A stretch of 64,000 bases of DNA from Vicinamibacterales bacterium (lineage in GTDB: Bacteria; Acidobacteriota; Vicinamibacteria; Vicinamibacterales; UBA2999), in contig CAXNKG010000003.1 in assembly GCA_964202965.1 (NCBI GenBank), forward strand, positions 23,032 through 87,031, read 5' to 3'. Position numbers and translations under genes: made by a program. Shown piece after piece: positions 9,431-22,207 of the stretch. Position 1 is the stretch's first letter. Every line of letters starts with the position of its first letter. Below the pieces are notes generated by a model. The model made no database searches. It was not told the DNA's origin and saw nothing but the letters and a program-made list of their open reading frames with translations.

Positions 9431-9949
9431 CTATTGCTTCTTGGGCAGCTCTGCGTCGCCCCGCTTGAGCACTTCGCGCATGTCCAGCGGATTCTGCATG
9501 GCGCCGTCGGGGCCGAGGGGTGAGGCCTTGGTTGCGGATCCGGCGTGGCTCTGCGGCTCGGCAGACGGACGCACCTTCAGCTGACCGGCCGCGCGATCGA
9601 GCGCCTGCTGCAGGAGGGCCGTGTCAAACGGCTTGGTCACGTACGCGACCGCGCCCATGAGCCGGCTCGTGCGAATCGTCGTGGGGTCGTCCCGGCCGGT
9701 GCTCATGACGACCGCCGTCTCAGGCCAGCAGGTCTCCACCTGCTCGACCAGCCACAACCCGTTGTACTCCGGCATGTTGATGTCGCAGAGCAGAATGTCG
9801 GCCGGGTCGGCCTTCATGGCGTCCATGGCGTCCATGGCGCTACCGACAGCCCGGACGTGTCCATATCCCCAACTCGTGAGCCAGCGCGACAGAAGCTGGC
9901 GAACCTGCGCCTCATCGTCGACGATCAGTACCTTCTTGTCGTGGGACAT
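9431..9949 (-). CDS. single-domain response regulator (REC) with C-terminal extension
   Basis: KVLIVDDEAQVRQLL..., phospho-acceptor context ILLCDINMP, and YVTKPF. Confidence 0.85.
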   Translation of the reverse strand: MSHDKKVLIVDDEAQVRQLLSRWLTSWGYGHVRAVGSAMDAMDAMKADPADILLCDINMPEYNGLWLVEQVETCWPETAVVMSTGRDDPTTIRTSRLMGAVAYVTKPFDTALLQQALDRAAGQLKVRPSAEPQSHAGSATKASPLGPDGAMQNPLDMREVLKRGDAELPKKQ

Positions 9950-9991
9950 CGTTTCTCCTCCAGCCTCCGGCGCGGCGCGTCACCGGCCGGC

Positions 9992-11593
9992 TCAGGCCGA
10001 CTGCCGTCCTTCATCGGATGTGCCGCCGCTGCGCGAGCGCAACTGGCGGATGCTCTGTTCGATACGCTCGGCCAGCTCCCGTTCCTGGCTCAGCATGCGC
10101 AGCGTGTTCTGCGCCTCCTGCATCACGAACTGCACGCTCGACAGCTTCTCGGTGAGATGGTCGACCATCGCCTTCTGCTCGCCGACGGTCTCGAGATTAA
10201 CCCGGACGTCCTCGAGCAGGTTGGTGATGAGCGCAGTCTTCGACTGGACTTCGTCCACGTCGCGCCGGCGCGCCTCGATGGACGCGATCGCGTCGTCGGC
10301 GGCGGTCGCCAGCGCGAGCAGTTCCTGCACCTGCCGCCGGAGCCCCGTGACCTGGTCGCGGTGGTCGGTGACGAACAGCAGATCCTCGCGGCTCTTCGCG
10401 CTGATCGCGTGTACGGCCTCAAGCTCGGTGCGCACCGACGCGAGGACCGCTTCGCGGTCCGCGAGCCCCTTGAGCCGGTCGTCGATGTCGGTGGACGCCT
10501 GGGCCAGCTCGGCCATCTTCATCTCGACGCCCGAGAGCTTCTTCTCCGAGAAGGCCAGCTGGGATCGGCGCTGCTCAAGCTGGCGGTACATCGCGTCAGC
10601 GCGCCGCAGCTGCTCCTCGACGGTCTCGGCCTGTGCCACCGCCTCGCGCTGCCGCGCCTGGATGCGGGCGAGATCACCGAGGAGTTCCTCCTTGACGGCG
10701 CCGGAGCGCTCCAGCTCCTGCCGCAGCGTCTGCATCTGCTTCATGCGGTCGTCGGCCTCGTCCGCCAGCGCGCGGCTGGTATCGGACAGCTCGATGAGCC
10801 GCGCCTCCTGTTGCGCGAGGGCCTCCTCGTCGCGCTGGACGTCCTTGACGCGCGCCCCGGTCTTCTCGACGCGGTCTTCGAGAATCGACATGCGCACATC
10901 GAGCGGCGCGAGCTTTGCCTGCGACGCGATGACGGCATCGACCTTCTGCTGCGCGTCCAGCATCTGCGTAATGACGCCGTCGCAATCGGTCCTGAGCGCG
11001 TCGAGCTCGGCGCGCCGTTCCAGCTGCGTCGCAAGCCTGCGGTCCACCTCGCTCGCGACCTCATGGAGGCCGTTGAGGCGCCCCTCCACGGCCTCGACGA
11101 ACTGGATGCGCTCGGATACACGGACGACCTGGCCTTCAAGCGCGACCGACATCTCCGCCAGGCGCGAGGCGTGACGGAGGCCGTCGTCAATCTCCCCCAG
11201 CCGCCCGGTGATGGCGGTCATGGTCGCCTCGAGCTCCGGCGTCCGTGCACGGAATGACGACACACGGTCGGCGAACGATTCGAGCGCCGCCCGATCCGCC
11301 GTCAGCCGGTCGCGCAGCTGGGCGGCCTCCGCGTAGGACTGGTGGAAATCCTGGATCTCCTTGCGGAGCGTTTCGAGATCCGCGCGGCTCTGGCGCAGGC
11401 TCTCGTGCTGCGCCGCGGTCTTTGTGGACATGTCCTGCACGAGCGCGAGATGTTCGCGCAGCGATTCCAGGCTGGCCTGCCGCTGGCCCAGCTCGTCGGC
11501 CTGCTCGAGCAGGCGCTGAAACATGACGCTGAACTCCCCCATGCGGGCCGGGAGGTGCGACAGCTGGCGCTCGCGGGCCGCCAGCGTCTCCAT
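9992..11593 (-). CDS. large coiled-coil protein
   Basis: 533 aa, E/R/L/A/Q-rich heptad-like sequence throughout. Coiled-coil-like sequence continues upstream of the first ATG in the same frame. Confidence 0.7.
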   Translation of the reverse strand: METLAARERQLSHLPARMGEFSVMFQRLLEQADELGQRQASLESLREHLALVQDMSTKTAAQHESLRQSRADLETLRKEIQDFHQSYAEAAQLRDRLTADRAALESFADRVSSFRARTPELEATMTAITGRLGEIDDGLRHASRLAEMSVALEGQVVRVSERIQFVEAVEGRLNGLHEVASEVDRRLATQLERRAELDALRTDCDGVITQMLDAQQKVDAVIASQAKLAPLDVRMSILEDRVEKTGARVKDVQRDEEALAQQEARLIELSDTSRALADEADDRMKQMQTLRQELERSGAVKEELLGDLARIQARQREAVAQAETVEEQLRRADAMYRQLEQRRSQLAFSEKKLSGVEMKMAELAQASTDIDDRLKGLADREAVLASVRTELEAVHAISAKSREDLLFVTDHRDQVTGLRRQVQELLALATAADDAIASIEARRRDVDEVQSKTALITNLLEDVRVNLETVGEQKAMVDHLTEKLSSVQFVMQEAQNTLRMLSQERELAERIEQSIRQLRSRSGGTSDEGRQSA

Positions 11594-11667
11594 CCGCTGC
11601 TCGGCCTGCTGGACCGAGCCGTCGAGGACACCCAGCTCGGCGTGGAGAAGAAGGGGCTGGAGACGCT

Positions 11668-11886
11668 TCAGCGTGTGGCAAGTGCCTCGAGGCTGCTGGT
11701 CGCCTCCGCCGCTTTCCTGTCGACCTGCTCGAGGGCCCTTCCGGTTTCGATCAGCGTCGCGCTACGCGTTGTGACCTGCGTGAGCATGGTGCTGAGCGCC
11801 GTCCGCTCCTCGCGCGCGGTCTTGATCACCGCGTCGAGCTCCTCGAGCTGTTGCTGGCGTTTGCGTCCGGTGAAGGCGTCGAGCAT
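11668..11886 (-). CDS. short coiled-coil ORF, possibly the detached N-terminus of the 9992..11593 protein
   Basis: ATG 11886: MLDAFTGRKRQQQLEELDAVIKTAREERTALSTMLTQVTTRSATLIETGRALEQVDRKAAEATSSLEALATR. This is the tail of track ORF 11668..12822, the rest of which is antisense to comM. Confidence 0.4.
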   Translation of the reverse strand: MLDAFTGRKRQQQLEELDAVIKTAREERTALSTMLTQVTTRSATLIETGRALEQVDRKAAEATSSLEALATR

Positions 11887-12039
11887 GCGACAAAGAATAC
11901 CTGCCGACGCGCCTAAGCTCAAGTGCTGATTGCAGTTACGAACACATCGAGGCGTGCGGGATGGTGACGATTCTGCGGTCCCGATGCGCGGCGGACCGGG
12001 AATGCCCGTGTTCGGCGCTGGCGGGCGCTGATCGCCATC

Positions 12040-13581
12040 TTGCATCCTCGAGGCAGTGTGCTCGCCAGTCTTTGCAGCGCCGCCGTCTTCGGCATCGATG
12101 CCTATCCGGTCCAGATTGAGATTGACGTGTCGTTCGGGCTGCCGAACTTCACGATGGTGGGCCTGCCGGACGCCACCGTCCGGGAAAGCCGCGATCGCGT
12201 CCGGGCGGCGATTCGGAATTCGGGGTTCGAGTTCCCCTCGCATCGGATTACCGTCAACCTGGCGCCCGCCGACGTCCGGAAGGCGGGATCTTCGTTCGAC
12301 CTGCCCATTGCGCTCGGCCTGCTCGCCACATCCGGCCAGCTGTCCCGCCGATCGATCGACGACACCATCGTTCTCGGCGAGCTCTCGCTCGACGGCGGAA
12401 TCAACGGCATTCGCGGTGTTCTCCCGATTGCCATCGCGGCCCGGCGCCTCGGGCTGCGCCGCCTGCTGCTGCCGCCGCAGAACGCGGCGGAAGCCTGCGC
12501 GGTTGAGGGGGTCGAGGTCTGCGTCGCGCGCTCGCTGCCGGAGGCGCTGACTGCGCTCAACTATCCGGACCGGGCGGAACGCGCGTCGGCCGGTCCCCCG
12601 CCGCCCCCGCCGTCCGCGATCGACAGTGCCGCCGACGGCGACCTCTCGGATGTTCGCGGCCAGGCGCTTGCGCGGCGCGCGTTGGAGGTGGCGGCGGCGG
12701 GCGGCCACAACCTGCTGATGTGCGGCCCGCCGGGCGCGGGCAAGACGATGCTGGCACGACGGCTGGCGGGTGTCCTCCCGCCCTTGAGTTTCGACGAGGC
12801 GCTCGAATGCACCGCGATTCATTCGGTGGCCGGCACGCTGCGCCCAGGGGCAGGGCTACTCACGGCGCGTCCCTTCCGTGCGCCGCATCACACGATCTCC
12901 AACGTCGCCCTCGTGGGCGGGGGTGCCATCCCGCGGCCTGGAGAGATTTCGATGGCACACAACGGGGTGCTGTTTCTGGACGAGATGCCGGAGTTCGACC
13001 GCCGCGTCCTCGAGGTGCTTCGTCAGCCGCTGGAGGAAGGACACGTGACGATCGCCCGCGCCGCGCGCACGGTCGCCTTCCCTGCCCGCTTCGTGCTCGT
13101 GGCGGCCATGAATCCATGCCCGTGCGGGTACCAGGGCGATACGCGTCGCCTGTGCCGCTGCACGCCACCGCAGATCGATCGCTATCGCGGCAGGATTTCA
13201 GGGCCGCTTCGCGACCGGATCGATCTGATCGTTGACGTACCCGCCGTTCCCCTCGCCGCGATCACGGACGGCCAGCCGGGCGAACCCACCCGCATCGTCC
13301 GTCAGCGCGTGTCCGCTGCGCGCAGTGCGCAGCAGGTGCGATACGAGGGACTGCCGCCGCGCATGAATGCGGAGCTCCGGGGTGCGCTGGTGCCGCGCTT
13401 CTGCGCGCCCACGGCGGCCGGGCGCGAACTCCTTCGCCGCGCCATCGATCGGCTCGGTCTCAGCGCGCGCGGCTACGACCGCGTTCTCAAAGTCGCGCGC
13501 ACGATCGCCGACCTTGCGGATTCGGCCGTCGTCGACAGCGATCACGTGGCGGAAGCGCTTCAGTATCGATCGCTCGAGTAG
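12040..13581 (+). CDS. comM: YifB/ComM family Mg-chelatase-like ATPase
   Basis: ChlI/MCM-type AAA+ core (NLLMCGPPGAGKTMLARRL, GVLFLDEMPEF) and a Lon-protease-like N-domain. TTG 12040 or GTG 12058 are possible starts. Confidence 0.9.
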   Translation: MHPRGSVLASLCSAAVFGIDAYPVQIEIDVSFGLPNFTMVGLPDATVRESRDRVRAAIRNSGFEFPSHRITVNLAPADVRKAGSSFDLPIALGLLATSGQLSRRSIDDTIVLGELSLDGGINGIRGVLPIAIAARRLGLRRLLLPPQNAAEACAVEGVEVCVARSLPEALTALNYPDRAERASAGPPPPPPSAIDSAADGDLSDVRGQALARRALEVAAAGGHNLLMCGPPGAGKTMLARRLAGVLPPLSFDEALECTAIHSVAGTLRPGAGLLTARPFRAPHHTISNVALVGGGAIPRPGEISMAHNGVLFLDEMPEFDRRVLEVLRQPLEEGHVTIARAARTVAFPARFVLVAAMNPCPCGYQGDTRRLCRCTPPQIDRYRGRISGPLRDRIDLIVDVPAVPLAAITDGQPGEPTRIVRQRVSAARSAQQVRYEGLPPRMNAELRGALVPRFCAPTAAGRELLRRAIDRLGLSARGYDRVLKVARTIADLADSAVVDSDHVAEALQYRSLE

Positions 13582-13632
13582 GGCCACAGAGGCGCGGGCT
13601 TCGTGTCTTCTGTCCGTATCCGCCCCTGGAGG

Positions 13633-14490
13633 CTACGTCCGGGAACTGGCTGACCGACGGCCGAACATGGCCTGCGCGGCACTCGCCGCGATGACGACCG
13701 CGCCTCCGAGGAGCGTCCAGCGGCCCGGCGTCTCGGCATGCACCAGCCATGTCCAGATTGGATTCAGCACGGGCTCCAGGAGAAGGAGCAGTGACAGTTG
13801 GAGTGCCGGCAGGTGGCCGACCGCGCTCGTCAGCAGGATGTACGCGAGGCCGATCTGGAACACGCCAAGGTAGACAAGCGTGGCCCATTCGGCGGGCGAC
13901 GCAGCCGGGAGGGGGAGCAATACCGGAATGCCCGACGCGAACGCGAACACGTTGCCCGCAATGACGGCCGCGAGGGCTGTGCCTGGCGCGCGCTGTTCGC
14001 CCCAGCGCAAGCCCAGGAGCGTGAACGCCCACGTGACACTGCAGGCCGCACCCAGCACATTGCCCAGGACCGGGTCAGGCGCGGTGGCCGTGGCTGCCGG
14101 CTGCCCGAGGAAGCAGAATGCGAGGCCGGCCGCCGCCGCCGAGACGAAGAGCAGGTCCCGCCGATCGAAGCGTTCGCGAAGCAGGAGAGGCGCCAGGGCC
14201 ACGATGAACAGCGGCGCCGTCGACTGCAGGAAGATCGCGCTGGCCGCCGTCGTGAGCTTCGTCGACGTGACAAACAGCACGAGGGTCGCGGCGTAGACGA
14301 TGGCGATCGGCAGGACGCGCCAGGACCATCGCGCCCCGCCCCGGATCCACAGGATGAGCGCCAGGGCGGCCACGCCGGACCTGAGCGACGCCACCTGCAT
14401 ACCCGAGAACGCGCCTGTCTTGATGGCCGCGCCACCCGTGGAGAACAACAGGGCCGCGCCGATGACGCGCCAGGCTGAGGATTGCCACAT
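13633..14490 (-). CDS. EamA/DMT-family transporter
   Basis: 285 aa, about 10 hydrophobic helices, two EamA-like halves. Confidence 0.85.
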   Translation of the reverse strand: MWQSSAWRVIGAALLFSTGGAAIKTGAFSGMQVASLRSGVAALALILWIRGGARWSWRVLPIAIVYAATLVLFVTSTKLTTAASAIFLQSTAPLFIVALAPLLLRERFDRRDLLFVSAAAAGLAFCFLGQPAATATAPDPVLGNVLGAACSVTWAFTLLGLRWGEQRAPGTALAAVIAGNVFAFASGIPVLLPLPAASPAEWATLVYLGVFQIGLAYILLTSAVGHLPALQLSLLLLLEPVLNPIWTWLVHAETPGRWTLLGGAVVIAASAAQAMFGRRSASSRT

Positions 14491-14574
14491 TCGTCTGATT
14501 TTCGCCTCCCCAGTTTCCTTTTGTCGAGCCGGGAACCCGTGTGGTAGCCTCGGGTTTTCCCTGCTCAGCTCCCA

Positions 14575-15510
14575 ATGAAGCCTTCAACGCGATACACGAT
14601 TCTTGTGGCCGATCGCACCAGCGGACTGGTGCGCCGAGCGACGATCGCCTCTCGGCCAGTCGCGGTCGCGGTGTCGGTCGTGCTCGCGACGCCCATTCTT
14701 ATCGGCTTTGGTGCGGCGTGGAAGGGCTGGAGCGATGTATCGGACCTCTACGCCAGCCACCGTGCGCTCGAGGTGGAGAACGCCAATTATCGGCAGGCCA
14801 CTGAAGCCCTCGCCGGCCAGATCAACTCCCTGCAGAGCGCCATCAGCAACCTGAGCGAAAAGTCGACGCTCGATCCGAACCTGGCGCGCGCGATGAGCCG
14901 CCTGCCCGCGATCACCAAGTCGCGCGCCATGGGTGGTACCACGACGGCGCCCTCCAAGGATCAGGAACTGTCGTACGCCAAGACCTTGTCCGCGCTGGCG
15001 GCACCGGACGACACATTCGGGCTGCTGCGGTCGGTGCTCGAAGGGCTCCAGGATCGTCTCAATGTCGTCGCGCGGAACGTCGATCGCCGGAATGCGCTCG
15101 CCAATGCTACCCCGTCGATGTGGCCGGCCTACGGCTGGCTGTCGTCCGGGATGGGCCCGCGTCGTGACCCGGTGACCGGCGGTCCGGACTATCACTCGGG
15201 CCTCGACATTGCCGGTGAGCGCGGCCAGCCCGTCTACGCGACGGCGGCGGGCACCGTGCGGCATGTCGGCTATCAGGGCGCGTACGGCAACCTGATCGTC
15301 CTCGACCACGGGTTCGGACTCGAAAGCCGCTACGGCCACCTCCTCAAGTACCAGGTGAAACCGGGCGCGAAGGTGAAGCGCGGCGACATCATCGGCCAGG
15401 TCGGCGCCACGGGCCGTGCGACCGGGTACCACCTCCACTACGAAGTGTTTGCCAACGGCCGCCTCATCAATCCGCTCCAGCTGCTCACGCAAAACCCGCG
15501 CGACCGATAA
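14575..15510 (+). CDS. M23 family metallopeptidase
   Basis: N-terminal TM and coiled coil. HSGLDIAGERGQPVYATAAGTV...YGNLIVLDHG...YGHL...GDIIGQVGATGRATGYHLHYEV matches the HxxxD and HxH motifs. Confidence 0.87.
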   Translation: MKPSTRYTILVADRTSGLVRRATIASRPVAVAVSVVLATPILIGFGAAWKGWSDVSDLYASHRALEVENANYRQATEALAGQINSLQSAISNLSEKSTLDPNLARAMSRLPAITKSRAMGGTTTAPSKDQELSYAKTLSALAAPDDTFGLLRSVLEGLQDRLNVVARNVDRRNALANATPSMWPAYGWLSSGMGPRRDPVTGGPDYHSGLDIAGERGQPVYATAAGTVRHVGYQGAYGNLIVLDHGFGLESRYGHLLKYQVKPGAKVKRGDIIGQVGATGRATGYHLHYEVFANGRLINPLQLLTQNPRDR

Positions 15511-15594
15511 CCTCCCTGCAATCTGCGGTCTCCTTGCCGGTTCGTAGCCTCGCGGCTAGAATCGGTGGATCCATCTCTCTCCGCCACTCAGGAC

Positions 15595-20134
<4,540 letters not shown>

Positions 20135-20169
20135 CCGGTAGTGAGTAGGCGGTAGGCGGAAGTCAGTAG
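20135..20169. repeat. heptanucleotide tandem array (5 units, NNNGTAG)
   Basis: CCGGTAG TGAGTAG GCGGTAG GCGGAAG TCAGTAG fills the gap between the convergent guaB and tsaE stops. It overlaps the tsaE stop. Confidence 0.8.
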
Positions 20170-20570
20170 GTTATTCGGCGCGAGGTCTCGTCCACAATCT
20201 CCATCGTCACCGTCGTCGCGCCCGCCAGCGTGTGAGAGAGGCGCTCGGGCCATTCAATCGCCAGCACGCCGTCCCGCACGCCCATCTCTTCCAGTCCCAG
20301 GTCGTTCGTCGCCGCACTGTCCAGCCGGTACAGGTCTACGTGATACAGCGTGAGCCGCCCGCCGCGGTACTCGTGAATCAGGGTGAAGGTGGGGCTGCTG
20401 ACTTCCCGTGTGTCGATGCCAAGGCCCGCAGCCAGGCCGCGGGCGAACGCGGTTTTCCCCGCTCCGAGGTTGCCCGACAGCAGCACGACGTCGCCGGCCG
20501 TGAGGGTGGCGGCGAGCTCGCGCGCCACCGCCTGCGTCTCGTCCTCGGACTTCGTGAGATGTGTGGTCAT
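20163..20570 (-). CDS. tsaE: tRNA t6A biosynthesis ATPase TsaE
   Basis: 135 aa; LSGNLGAGKTAFARGL, SPTFTLIHEY, LYHVDLYRL. Confidence 0.9.
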   Translation of the reverse strand: MTTHLTKSEDETQAVARELAATLTAGDVVLLSGNLGAGKTAFARGLAAGLGIDTREVSSPTFTLIHEYRGGRLTLYHVDLYRLDSAATNDLGLEEMGVRDGVLAIEWPERLSHTLAGATTVTMEIVDETSRRITY

Positions 20571-20596
20571 CTGCAGGTGGACCGGGAGGCCCGCCC

Positions 20597-22162
20597 CTAC
20601 GAGGTGGACTCTTCGTCGCAGAGCCGGCTGAGCGCCTTGCCGAGAAGCGCGGCAACGTCGGTGGCGGTCATGGACACCTGCCCTTCGGCCGTCTCGGCAA
20701 GATCGCCAGCGGCGCCGTGCAGGAACACCGCAAGGCGGCAGGCCGCCTCCGCGTCGAGGAGCTGCGCGAGCCAGGCGGTAATCATGCCGGTCAGCAGGTC
20801 GCCGGTGCCGCCGGTCGCCATGCCGGCGTTGCCGGTCGGGTTGATGAAGACGCGCCCCTCCGGCGTGGCGATGATGGTGCGATGCCCTTTGAGGACCACG
20901 TACACACGCCGTGTCGCGGCGAACGTGGAGGCGACGTCGATACGGTGTGCCTGCACGTCATCGACCGACGCGCCAATCAGTCGTGCCATCTCTCCCGGAT
21001 GCGGCGTGATGATGACGTCGCGCTCCTCCCTGCCGACCAGGCTTGACGGATCATCGGCAAGAACAGCCAGCGCGTCGGCATCGAGCACGAGCGGCACCGT
21101 GGAACGCTCGAGCAGCGCCCGTACGAACTCCCCGACCGACGACTCGCGGCCAAGTCCGGGGCCGCAGGCGATGACGTCGTGCCGCATGTCCAGGATCGCG
21201 GCGACCGACGCCGCGGTGACGCACCCCGCCTTCGAGTCGGCCAGCGGCTCGGTCATGAACTCGGCGCCCATCGACGCGATGATCGGCAGGCAGGACGCTG
21301 GCGTCGCGACGGTCACGAGGCCTGTCCCTGACCGGAGCGCGCCGACGGCCGCGAGAAACGCGGCGCCCGTCTTTCCGCGCGACCCGGCCACAATCGTCAC
21401 GCGCCCGAAATCGCCCTTATGCGAGTCGGCCGCCCGCGGTTCCACGAGGAGCTTGAGCGACTCGGGCGTCAGCAGCTCGATGTACGGCCCCTCCAACCCT
21501 TCGACGACCTCAGATGGAATGCCGATGTCGGCAATCACCACGTCGCCCGCATGCGTCTCGCCTGGCGGCAGCACAAGCGGCAGCTTGGGGGTCGCGAGCG
21601 TGACCGTCATCGACGCGTCAATGCAGTCGCCGATGAGATGCGGCGTATCGGCGGACAGGCCGCTCGGAAGGTCGATGGACACGATCGGGATCCCGGACGC
21701 ATTCACATCCGCGACGACCGTTTCCATCATGCCGGCAAGCGCCGACTTCAAGCCGGTGCCGAACATCGCGTCGACGATCAGCGTGCACTGCGAGATTTCG
21801 GAGAAATGCAGCTCCCAGGTCTGCTCGTCGCCGATCTCGACGACGGTCGCGCCGACGCGACCGAGGATGTCGAGATTCGAGCGGGCGTCCCCGCGGACGT
21901 CCGACACCGATCCCAGCAGGAACACCGCCACCTCGACCCCGCGCTGCATCAGCGTGCGGGCGACGACGAAGCCGTCCCCGCCGTTGTTGCCGCGCCCGCA
22001 CAGCACGGCCACGCGCCCCTCGAGGCGCGACTCGTACGCCGCTTCGAGCGCGGCGACGACCTGACGGCCGGCATTCTCCATGAGCACCAGCGACGGAATG
22101 CCGATGTCTTCGACTGTGAAGCGATCGGCCTCGCGCATCTGCGCGGCATTGAGGATCCGCAT
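20597..22162 (-). CDS. nnr: bifunctional NAD(P)H-hydrate epimerase / ADP-dependent dehydratase
   Basis: YjeF N-terminal domain (VLCGRGNNGGDGFV) plus a C-terminal carbohydrate-kinase domain (GTGDLLTG). Confidence 0.9.
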   Translation of the reverse strand: MRILNAAQMREADRFTVEDIGIPSLVLMENAGRQVVAALEAAYESRLEGRVAVLCGRGNNGGDGFVVARTLMQRGVEVAVFLLGSVSDVRGDARSNLDILGRVGATVVEIGDEQTWELHFSEISQCTLIVDAMFGTGLKSALAGMMETVVADVNASGIPIVSIDLPSGLSADTPHLIGDCIDASMTVTLATPKLPLVLPPGETHAGDVVIADIGIPSEVVEGLEGPYIELLTPESLKLLVEPRAADSHKGDFGRVTIVAGSRGKTGAAFLAAVGALRSGTGLVTVATPASCLPIIASMGAEFMTEPLADSKAGCVTAASVAAILDMRHDVIACGPGLGRESSVGEFVRALLERSTVPLVLDADALAVLADDPSSLVGREERDVIITPHPGEMARLIGASVDDVQAHRIDVASTFAATRRVYVVLKGHRTIIATPEGRVFINPTGNAGMATGGTGDLLTGMITAWLAQLLDAEAACRLAVFLHGAAGDLAETAEGQVSMTATDVAALLGKALSRLCDEESTS

Positions 22163-22186
22163 TCAAACAGTAGGATACTCGGTCAC

Positions 22187-22206
22187 GCGCAGGCTGACGC
22201 CTGCGC
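22187..22206 (-). terminator. perfect GC-rich hairpin right after the gcvP stop
   Basis: GCGCAGGC-TGAC-GCCTGCGC: 8-bp stem, 4-nt loop, one nt from the gcvP stop. No U tract. Confidence 0.45.
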
Positions 22207-22207
22207 T

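Noticed and set aside
9545-11257. + strand ORFs 9545..11257 and 9621..11174 opposite the response regulator and coiled-coil genes
   Set aside because: They are shadow frames. The minus strand gives a clean REC domain and a heptad-patterned coiled coil.
11660-11700. Programmed -1 ribosomal frameshift joining the two coiled-coil ORFs
   Set aside because: There is no slippery X-XXY-YYZ heptamer or obvious downstream stimulatory structure at the junction (…ACA CGC TGA AGC…). A mutation, a sequencing error or a genuine split is more likely. It is kept only as a frame-break observation.
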